A stretch of 32,000 nt of DNA. It comes from an uncultured archaeon. GTDB taxonomy: Archaea > Iainarchaeota > Iainarchaeia > Iainarchaeales > CSSED10-239. This document shows positions 7,627 to 14,689 of this stretch, one piece after another. The translations under genes were made by a program, and so were the position numbers. Within the stretch, counting starts at the first letter, position 1. Each line of letters begins with the position of its first letter. The stretch is taken from assembly GCA_964591795.1 (NCBI GenBank), contig CAZQEL010000002.1, positions 6,312-38,311 of the forward strand, written 5' to 3'. The notes beneath the pieces were generated by a model that made no database searches, had not been told where the DNA came from, and worked only from the letters and a program-made list of their open reading frames with translations.

Positions 7627-9633
7627 GATTTCAGAATCTTTAAGTGCATCTTCATTTAAAACAAGTGTATCTTTAGCAGCATCGTATTCCATTAAATTAA
7701 GAATACCTCCTTCTGATTCTGGATCTGTATTCCAATGTTTACGTACTTCTGTTATTTGAACAATTCTTTTATGACTCTTAAGTGAGCCTTTAAATCTAAT
7801 TGGCTTAGCTACAACAATAATATCTGTTGCTTTAAATGAAGTGGTAGGTACTCCTAAATCATTAACTACACGATCCCACACAGCATAAGCTGAGTCAGCG
7901 TGTATGGTTCCCATAACTACATTCCCTGCAGCACCAATTCTCATAGCTTCATATAGTACTTTTGCTTCAACTGACCTTACTTCTCCTACAATTAATGCAG
8001 AATCACCTAATCTAAGAGCTGTTCTAAGTGCATCTTCAGGTTTCATTTCAGTTGTTGCTGTTTCTCCAGTTCCACCAATGGCTGATCTTGTTTTAAGTCT
8101 TTGAGCATTAAAACCAATATCTTTCATATACATTATTGGTAGTTCTAAAGTGTCTTCTTGAACAATTATTCTTGCATTTTGTAAAATTTCAAGCATTAAA
8201 GCAGTCATTAATGATGTTTTTCCTGCACCACGTGATCCTGCTACTAAAAGAGTTGAATTGTTATCAATAAAAAAACTTAATAAACCAGCTGCTAATGGGT
8301 TTAATGAGTTTACATTTATTAGTTGTGGAAGTGTCCACGGTGTATCCTTATGTAATCTAAATGCAAATGCAATACCGTCTGTTGCTAAAGGATGACCAAT
8401 AATTGCAATTCTTGTGTTTAAATCAGGCATATCAAAATCAAGAACAGGATGTGCATCATCAAATGGTCTTCCTGACATTGCTCTTATTTTTCCAACAAAA
8501 CTTTCAGCGTCTTTTTCTGGATAGTGTATGTTTGTTTGACACTGTCCATATTTTGAATGAACTACGTATATTGGTTTTGCTCCTAGTGGAGAATCTAAAT
8601 ATACATCAGTTAATTGTCTATCTGATAATAATAATTCTAAGATACCATAACCAATAGTGTATCTTGTAACTATTTCTGATAGTGAATAAACATCATCAGG
8701 TGATAATTCAATACTATATTTTTTAGCAATATCAATTATTGTTGATTGATATATTCTTTGGAAATATTTTCTAGTACTCTCTCCTGTTGTAAGAGTTACT
8801 TTTCCTGGTTTGTAATTAGCAACAGTATCTTTTGTTTTTGTTAATACAAAATAATGATCTGGAGACAATGTATATTCAGGTGGATTAATTAAATAAATAT
8901 ATTCTACTTTTTCTGGATGTCTAAATATTTGTACTGATGTGTTAAGTACTTGGTATTCATCAATTAACTCTAAAGTATCCATGTCTTTAAAAGTTAATTT
9001 TGATCCAATAAATGCTGGTTTTATTTCTACATCAAATATTGTTCTATAGATGTCTGTAACTTCAGAAAAATCAGTTATTTTTAATAAAATTGGTTTTATT
9101 TTTTTTAAAAATGTAGTTTTTTCATACATTTCTTTAAGTCTTAAAAGATGTTTTGTATTTTGTGTAAAACAGATTTCACAAGGTTGACCGTTTCTCTCTT
9201 GTGCTCGGTTTTTTGTATTTTCTATTTCTTTTAAAAGGCTAATGTATGAAGCTATTGGATCATAGGACAATAATTCTTTTGCAAATTTAATAATGTTATT
9301 ATGTCTTTCTGGATAACATTCATCACAGTCAATTTCTTTAACACCTAAGTGTTGAGATACCCATACTGCTCTATTTTCAAACTCTAAAAGTAAATTCACC
9401 ATTTCTTTTAAATATTTTGTTTGTTCTTCATTATAATTTCTTTCATAAACTTCAGCTAATATAATTTCATCAGCATCAACAGTTTCTAGTATTTTCATTG
9501 CATGATATCTACATCTAGGATCTTCAGCAATGGATGTATTATAAGGGCAATTTCTACAATCAAAAACTAGTTTTTTTTTAGAGCCTTCTGTTGTAACAAC
9601 ATAATCTCCAACTGTGAATTTTCCTATTTTCAT
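7318..9633 (-). CDS. type II/IV secretion (FlaI/VirB11/PilB superfamily) ATPase, extended 771-aa form
   Basis: Walker A is VAGSRGAGKTSL and the Walker B region is RIIVQEDTLEL. It also carries ALIVGEVRSVEA...GNVVMGTIHADSA. The N-terminal ~170 aa hold Cys pairs (CRNCPYN...CRYH, CDECYPERH, CEICF). A ~100-aa C-terminal extension is also present. Confidence 0.85.
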   Translation of the reverse strand: MKIGKFTVGDYVVTTEGSKKKLVFDCRNCPYNTSIAEDPRCRYHAMKILETVDADEIILAEVYERNYNEEQTKYLKEMVNLLLEFENRAVWVSQHLGVKEIDCDECYPERHNNIIKFAKELLSYDPIASYISLLKEIENTKNRAQERNGQPCEICFTQNTKHLLRLKEMYEKTTFLKKIKPILLKITDFSEVTDIYRTIFDVEIKPAFIGSKLTFKDMDTLELIDEYQVLNTSVQIFRHPEKVEYIYLINPPEYTLSPDHYFVLTKTKDTVANYKPGKVTLTTGESTRKYFQRIYQSTIIDIAKKYSIELSPDDVYSLSEIVTRYTIGYGILELLLSDRQLTDVYLDSPLGAKPIYVVHSKYGQCQTNIHYPEKDAESFVGKIRAMSGRPFDDAHPVLDFDMPDLNTRIAIIGHPLATDGIAFAFRLHKDTPWTLPQLINVNSLNPLAAGLLSFFIDNNSTLLVAGSRGAGKTSLMTALMLEILQNARIIVQEDTLELPIMYMKDIGFNAQRLKTRSAIGGTGETATTEMKPEDALRTALRLGDSALIVGEVRSVEAKVLYEAMRIGAAGNVVMGTIHADSAYAVWDRVVNDLGVPTTSFKATDIIVVAKPIRFKGSLKSHKRIVQITEVRKHWNTDPESEGGILNLMEYDAAKDTLVLNEDALKDSEIFSKISKLTGMTIEEMWDNISMRAKEKKYQVDFANENDCIELLEAKNTVYAHNKLLLIKEEYLQEHGKTNYDDILIIWKKWYKESFSPRTMKRIKENRVEEEK

Positions 9634-9783
9634 GATTTATCTTATTTTTATTTATTTCTAAAATATTATATACTAAAATAGTGGTCTATAGATTATTTAA
9701 ATCTTTTTATTTATTGTTTGTGAAATTCAATTTATTTTATTATGTGTTAATTTTAGATTGAAAAATATTCTTTTGAGCTAAAG

Positions 9784-9833
9784 TATAACTTACCCTGGAT
9801 ATTAAGAAATTGGTTTGTCCAGGGTAAGTTATA
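9784..9833. repeat. hairpin element, copy 1 (16-bp perfect arms TATAACTTACCCTGGA / TCCAGGGTAAGTTATA, 18-nt loop)
   Basis: The arms are 9784-9799 and 9818-9833. It is a GC-rich core in AT-rich DNA, just upstream of the Fic ATG at 9860. Confidence 0.8.
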
Positions 9834-9859
9834 TAAATCCTTTCACTCTATATATTTAT

Positions 9860-10843
9860 ATGGCATATATATATGTTAAGCAAATTGGTTCTAAAAAATA
9901 TTATTATTTAAGAGTTGATAAAAGGGTTAATGGTAAGAAAATCGTAAAAGATATTGCCTATCTTGGTTCTGATTTATCTAAAGTAGATGTAAAAAAACTA
10001 ATTAGTTCTTCTAAATATGGTAAGGAGATAACTAAAAGTTATAAACAAATAAATCATCTAATTACTTCTAACTATTATTATAGGAAAGCAGAGCTTTTAA
10101 AATATAAAAAAAACACTTATTTAACTAAAGAACAATTAATACGATTAAATGCTATTAGTTTTCATTTTTCTTCAAATTTTAAAAAATTGCATCAATTAAC
10201 TGCTGCTGATTTTTTAAATAATTTTGTAATTTCTTATACTTATAATACTACTTCAATTGAAGGAAATACAATTGCTCTGGCTGATGTTAAAAAAATATTA
10301 ACTGATGATTCAATTTATTTAAAAAATAAAACTTTAAGAGAGATTTATGATTTAAGAAATACAAAAGATACTTTTAATTATATTTTTAAAAACACTCTAA
10401 AATTAAGCCTTAAGGTTATTATTGATATTCATAAAAAATTAATGAAAGATGTTGATGATAGAGTGGGTTTTAGAAATTTTGATGTTAGAGTTTTTAAATC
10501 TCATTTTAAGTCTTCTCTTTATTTTAGGATTGATAAGGAAATTAACGATTTACTTTCTTGGTTTAATATATCTAAAGAAAATATTTTTGTAAGGGCAGTT
10601 ATTTTTCATCATAAATTTGAAAAGATACATCCTTTTGGAGATGGTAATGGACGGACAGGAAGAATGTTATTAAATTTAATTTTATTAAATAATAATTTAC
10701 CTCCTTTAATTATTACTAAGAAAAACAAAAAATTTTATTTTGATTCACTTTCAATTGCAGATAAAAAAGAAGATTATTCATTTTTAATTTCTTTTTTATT
10801 AGATGAGTATGAAAAAGGTTATTGGCAACATTTTATTTCTTAA
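9860..10843 (+). CDS. Fic/DOC family protein (class II, internal inhibitory helix)
   Basis: The Fic motif HPFGDGNGRTGR fits HxFx[DE]GNGRxxR. An upstream TTSIEGN fits the [ST]xxxE[GN] auto-inhibition motif. The start is moved to ATG 9860 (MAYIYVKQIGSKKYYYLR) because the TTG at 9815 lies inside the hairpin. Confidence 0.85.
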   Translation: MAYIYVKQIGSKKYYYLRVDKRVNGKKIVKDIAYLGSDLSKVDVKKLISSSKYGKEITKSYKQINHLITSNYYYRKAELLKYKKNTYLTKEQLIRLNAISFHFSSNFKKLHQLTAADFLNNFVISYTYNTTSIEGNTIALADVKKILTDDSIYLKNKTLREIYDLRNTKDTFNYIFKNTLKLSLKVIIDIHKKLMKDVDDRVGFRNFDVRVFKSHFKSSLYFRIDKEINDLLSWFNISKENIFVRAVIFHHKFEKIHPFGDGNGRTGRMLLNLILLNNNLPPLIITKKNKKFYFDSLSIADKKEDYSFLISFLLDEYEKGYWQHFIS

Positions 10844-10860
10844 TAAGGATTGTGTGTTTT

Positions 10861-10899
10861 TACCCTGGATAAACTTATTTTTTAAATGTCCAGAGTAAG
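10861..10899. repeat. hairpin element, copy 2 (TACCCTGGATA ... TGTCCAGAGTAAG)
   Basis: It has the same 11-nt left core, TACCCTGGATA, as copy 1. Its right arm TGTCCAGAGTAAG has one G-to-A change, and the loop is 19 nt. It starts 18 nt after the Fic stop. Confidence 0.7.
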
Positions 10900-10936
10900 A
10901 TTGTAATTTTTGTCCTTTTTTTAAATTAACATTTAA

Positions 10937-10966
10937 AGATATATTTTAGATATCTTTTAGATATCT
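10937..10966. promoter_or_regulatory. three 8-bp palindromic boxes (AGATATAT, AGATATCT, AGATATCT) phased at 11 bp; probable RHH operator
   Basis: The boxes start at 10937, 10948 and 10959. They lie 30-60 nt upstream of the antitoxin ATG at 10996. Confidence 0.5.
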
Positions 10967-10995
10967 TTGAATATGTGTTGTTTTATAATTATATT

Positions 10996-11247
10996 ATGGA
11001 TGAATTTATAGTTAGATTAAAAGGTAAGCCAAAAGAATACCTTGATATTCTACTTAAGGAAGGATATTTTAATACCAAAAGTGAAATTGTAAGACATGGT
11101 ATTTTAGCTCTTGCTAATAAATACAATGTAGAACAAGATTATGTTGTAGATAAAGATGAACTAATAAAAGTAGGTAAGGCTGTAAAAAGAGAATTAAGAG
11201 ATATTCAAAAAAAAAAAGTAAATTATATACTGAAGATGAATTTTTAG
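10996..11247 (+). CDS. ribbon-helix-helix (CopG/ParD-like) antitoxin
   Basis: MDEFIVRLKGKPKEYLDILLKEGYFNTKSEIVRHGILALANKY has the beta-strand, helix, helix pattern of RHH proteins. It lies directly upstream of a RelE-like ORF. The C-terminal frame is uncertain because of an A11 tract at 11207-11217. Confidence 0.6.
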   Translation: MDEFIVRLKGKPKEYLDILLKEGYFNTKSEIVRHGILALANKYNVEQDYVVDKDELIKVGKAVKRELRDIQKKKVNYILKMNF

Positions 11248-11288
11248 AATTATTTCCACATTTAAAAAAAGTAAAATAGTGGTATTTA

Positions 11289-11510
11289 TTGTATGATTAT
11301 AAGTTAACTGAATCATTTAAAAAAGATTTTGAAAAATTAGATGTTTCTTTTCAAATTATTATTTTTAAAAAAATAAAATATATTCTTTCGAATGATATTT
11401 CAAGAAAGCATTTAAAATATGGTTATCCTTATTTTGTATTAAAACTTAACATTTCTTCTAGACTTGTTTGTATGATTAAAAATGGTGTTCTTCTTTATAA
11501 TTTATTTTAA
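11289..11510 (+). CDS. relE: RelE/ParE-superfamily toxin-like protein
   Basis: This is a 73-aa protein. YKLTESFKKDFEKLDVSFQIIIFKKIKYIL...RLVCMIKNGVLLYNLF follows the RelE layout (Y-x-L...F-x-K-D-x-x-K-L...R-L-V/I-Y...). It pairs with an upstream RHH gene. It has a TTG start and a short C-terminus. Confidence 0.5.
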   Translation: MYDYKLTESFKKDFEKLDVSFQIIIFKKIKYILSNDISRKHLKYGYPYFVLKLNISSRLVCMIKNGVLLYNLF

Positions 11511-11543
11511 GAAAACTTATTGTTTTAAGTTTGTTAAAATTAA

Positions 11544-12674
11544 TTATTTTATTTTTTTAATAACTTCTTCGAAAAATAATTTAATTAAATAACCTAAACA
11601 AGGAGATGAGATGTAATTTGTGACTTCTGATATTTTTATCCATTTAAAATTAATGTGTGCTGGGATTTTTAGTTCTTCAGAATCTGTGGTAACATAGTAA
11701 TATTCAGTATATATTTTTTTAAATGTGTTTTCTGATTTTTCGTACCAGTGGTGGCAACCGCCCATTTTTTTTTCAATTATTTTTAAATTAGTAAGACCAG
11801 TTTCTAATTCAATTTCTTTTTTAATAACTTTAAGTGATTTTTTTATTTGTTTTTCTGATGGTTTTCCTTTTGGAAAACTCCAAAAACCACAACTGGTTTT
11901 ATTGTCTTCAAGTAAGAGTATTTTTTTAATTTTAGGATTGTATATTATTTTTCCTTTTGCATAATTAAATTTTATTTTTAATAATTTATTTTTTATATAT
12001 ATGTCTTCAAGATTTGTTTTATTTAGAGTTAATTCAAATTTTAAAATTTGATTTAAAATTATATCTTTATTAATTTTATTGTAATTTTTAATTTTTGAAA
12101 GCATTTTTTGTGTATCTTTAATATCTACTTTTAATTGATTTAAAAGTCTTGCATATTTATCTAAATTGTAATACATTTTATATTTGTTATTTTGAAAATA
12201 ATTTTCTAAAAACTCAATTCTTATTTTTGAAAAAACACTTGTAGTTTCAAATGAGAATTCAAAATAGGTTTTTGATTTAAGTAGGTTTAAAAGATCATCT
12301 TCAATTCTGTACCCATATATAAAAAAGCTATTAAGTATGAAATCATAAAGATAAGGGTAAAATAGATCTGTGGATATATTTTTTAAATTATTTTTATCTT
12401 GTGCATTTATTTTAAATTCAATTTCTATTTGGTATTTCTTACTTACATCTTCTTTAATTTTAGCTAAAGCATTAATATCTGTTTTTTTAAGTTCTTTATT
12501 TTTTGTAAAAACCATAACATTAAGGTCACTTTCTTTAGGAGTTACTTCTCCTCTTGCAAAAGAACCGTGAATATATACTGATTTTATAAATGGAAATTTT
12601 TTCTTATTAAAAATTGTTTTTAAATAGTTTGTTAATGTATAATATTCTTCTAGATTTTTATTTATAATATCCAT
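11544..12674 (-). CDS. nucleotidyltransferase (MNT/KNTase-like), helical region and Nudix-like domain fusion protein
   Basis: The N-terminus YIHGSFARGEVTPKESDLNVMVF is an NTase G-S...D-x-[DN] motif in which the second Asp is Asn. The C-terminus GFWSFPKGKPSEKQIKKSLKVIKKEIELETGL resembles a Nudix box (W-x-F-P-K-G...[RK]-E-U-x-x-E-x-G-U) with non-canonical positions. Confidence 0.6.
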   Translation of the reverse strand: MDIINKNLEEYYTLTNYLKTIFNKKKFPFIKSVYIHGSFARGEVTPKESDLNVMVFTKNKELKKTDINALAKIKEDVSKKYQIEIEFKINAQDKNNLKNISTDLFYPYLYDFILNSFFIYGYRIEDDLLNLLKSKTYFEFSFETTSVFSKIRIEFLENYFQNNKYKMYYNLDKYARLLNQLKVDIKDTQKMLSKIKNYNKINKDIILNQILKFELTLNKTNLEDIYIKNKLLKIKFNYAKGKIIYNPKIKKILLLEDNKTSCGFWSFPKGKPSEKQIKKSLKVIKKEIELETGLTNLKIIEKKMGGCHHWYEKSENTFKKIYTEYYYVTTDSEELKIPAHINFKWIKISEVTNYISSPCLGYLIKLFFEEVIKKIK

Positions 12675-12877
12675 ATCTTCTCAATATTTAGATTGTTATT
12701 TATATATTTTCTAGTATGTTTTTTAAAGGTATTTATTTTAGTGGTTTTTATTAAAACAAATTTTTTGTGTACACATAAAAAGATGATCTGTTTATAAATA
12801 TTATGTACTTTCATATTTTGAATACAAAAAAGAAACTTCTTTTTAAAAAAGAGATAATCATACAAGGATGGTACACA

Positions 12878-13210
12878 ATGAACAAAAAATATTTAATTGC
12901 AGGTATACTGTTAGTAATAGCTGCATCTTTTCTCTTAGCTGTTCAAATGAATTTTTCAGCTAATAAAAACAATAGTGATTTTATTGCAAAAAAAGATAAT
13001 ACAGTAAACATGTATGTTTTTTCAAAAACAACTTCTTTTGATCAATCACTTTATTTTGCAAATCAAAACCAAATTAAAAAGTGTAAATCTAGTCCACGTT
13101 GTATTGGTAACACTTGTGGGATTTGTAATACAGCATCATATGGTGCATTTTCTGCAAAACTTGCAAAAGATATTAACTGGGTAACAAAAGGTGTTATTAC
13201 GTCTGTTTAA
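12878..13210 (+). CDS. small membrane-anchored or secreted Cys-containing hypothetical protein
   Basis: MNKKYLIAGILLVIAASFLLAV is an N-terminal hydrophobic anchor or signal. The C-terminal part carries CKSSPRCIGNTCGIC. A hairpin and T tract follow the gene. The start is taken at ATG 12878 rather than 12803. Confidence 0.5.
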   Translation: MNKKYLIAGILLVIAASFLLAVQMNFSANKNNSDFIAKKDNTVNMYVFSKTTSFDQSLYFANQNQIKKCKSSPRCIGNTCGICNTASYGAFSAKLAKDINWVTKGVITSV

Positions 13211-13251
13211 CTTACAAAACCAATAAAATCTGTTTCTTTATAATTAAATAG

Positions 13252-13291
13252 GATTAAAACTACATAACACATAGTTTTAATCTTTATTTTT
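13252..13291 (+). terminator. 11-bp perfect hairpin (GATTAAAACTA / TAGTTTTAATC, 9-nt loop) followed by a T-rich run
   Basis: The arms are 13252-13262 and 13272-13282, followed by tttatttttaat. It lies about 40 nt downstream of the 12878-13210 stop. Confidence 0.5.
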
Positions 13292-13349
13292 AATATTTTA
13301 GTTCCCTTTATTAATATTTTCCTTCATTAATTATATTTGTGAAGTACAT

Positions 13350-14678
13350 ATGGATATAAATAACTCAAAAGAAATATTTGGAAAAGTAATGAAAGAAACA
13401 GGTAAATCTGAATCAGAACTACTTGATCTTCTTGAAAAAATAAAAGAAAAATACCAAGGTCTATTGTCTGAGGTTGGAGCAAACATAATGCTCGCTAAGC
13501 AATTTGGTATTAATTTAGAAGCAAGTCATCCTACTTCTGCTATTGTAAAAATAAATGATTTAGAAAACATAACTGATGCTTCACTTTATGCAAGAGTTAA
13601 ATTTATACCAGCTCCTAGAGGTTATACTCAAAAAGATGGAACCAAAGGAAGAATACAAGCAATATATGTTTTTGATGAAACAGGTGAAATAAAAGTAAAT
13701 CTTTGGAATGATCAAGCAGATTTAGTACATTCACTTAAACTTGATAAAAATTCAAAAATTTTAATAAAAGACACATATATTACAACTTATAATGATAAAA
13801 AAGAACTTTCTTTAAGACAGGGTGGAATGATTACAAAAGATCCCGTTGATTTTCCAGTAATTGTACCAAAGGAAGAAAATTTAGTTGATGTATCTAACAT
13901 AAATCAAACTGAAAGTTTAATTGATGTTATTGGAAGAATAACAGTTATTTATAATAAAAATTCATTTAAAGATAAAGACGATAAAGATCGTTTTGTTTTA
14001 AACTTTGAAGTATCAGATGGAATTAAATCTTTAAAGTTTGTAGCATGGGATCCTTGGCCAGATTATATTTTAGAAAACTTTGGAAAAGGTGATTTAATTA
14101 AAATGTCTGATTTAAGAGTTAAAGAAGGCCTTTATGATTTAGATATTAATCTAAATTGGTTTTCAACAGTTATTAAAGACCCAGTTACTACTAAAAAAAT
14201 ACCATCCTTAACTGAAATTTTAGCACTAACTAAATCTTTAGAAGAAGGAAAGATTGAATCTTTAGAAGATGGACGTAATTATTCTTTAGATGGTTTAATT
14301 GTTTCAATTAATAGAAATAATTTAAGATATTTTAAATGTAAAGATTGTAATGAAAAAGTACAAATAATTAATGGCGACTTCATTTGTGAAAAATGTAGTA
14401 AAATTGTTGATGTTTCAGTTAATTTATTTGGAAGTGTAGATATTGATGATGGTACAGGAATTTTAAAGGTTGTTTTCTTTTCTGAGCTTGCTGAAAATGT
14501 ATATAAGTTAAAGAAAGAAAATTTAAAGAAAGAACTAACCGAAGAAGACAAATTAACAATATTTGATAAACTTGAAAATGAACTTCTAGGTAAAAAAGTT
14601 AAAATTTCAGGAAGAGCAAAACTCAATAGTTTTTCTTCAAGAATTGAATTTTTAGCTGATAGCTTTGAAGTTTTATAA
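13350..14678 (+). CDS. rpa: replication protein A (archaeal RPA/RFA, multiple OB folds and a zinc ribbon)
   Basis: The N-terminus SELLDLLEKIKEKYQGLLSEVGANIMLAKQFGINL resembles the N-terminal helical domain of methanococcal RPA. Repeated OB-like blocks are present (ARVKFIP..., IDVIGRITVIY..., LDGLIVSINR...). The C4 zinc ribbon is CKDCNEKV...CEKCSK. Confidence 0.8.
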   Translation: MDINNSKEIFGKVMKETGKSESELLDLLEKIKEKYQGLLSEVGANIMLAKQFGINLEASHPTSAIVKINDLENITDASLYARVKFIPAPRGYTQKDGTKGRIQAIYVFDETGEIKVNLWNDQADLVHSLKLDKNSKILIKDTYITTYNDKKELSLRQGGMITKDPVDFPVIVPKEENLVDVSNINQTESLIDVIGRITVIYNKNSFKDKDDKDRFVLNFEVSDGIKSLKFVAWDPWPDYILENFGKGDLIKMSDLRVKEGLYDLDINLNWFSTVIKDPVTTKKIPSLTEILALTKSLEEGKIESLEDGRNYSLDGLIVSINRNNLRYFKCKDCNEKVQIINGDFICEKCSKIVDVSVNLFGSVDIDDGTGILKVVFFSELAENVYKLKKENLKKELTEEDKLTIFDKLENELLGKKVKISGRAKLNSFSSRIEFLADSFEVL

Positions 14679-14689
14679 AAAGATTAAAT

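Noticed and set aside
5163-7759. ORFs 5163-5357 and 7487-7759, which share an identical N-terminus (MFLASKSSIQSFSFAKSTWYFFSFARILML...)
   Set aside because: Their similarity is only a by-product of the ~550-bp repeat. Both are antisense to the ATPase tail, and their translations are low-complexity.
9784-12674. Calling the Fic / TA / NTase-Nudix islet an integron cassette array
   Set aside because: Only the Fic gene is flanked by the hairpin. The other genes lack comparable sites. Hairpin copy 2 lacks the AAC/GTT core ends. No intI-like recombinase is in the window. The idea is kept only as a hypothesis in the Fic finding.
11725-12865. Small ORFs 11725-11964, 12370-12570 and 12662-12865
   Set aside because: The first two are antisense inside the NTase-Nudix gene. 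The third spans the divergent promoter region. None has motifs.
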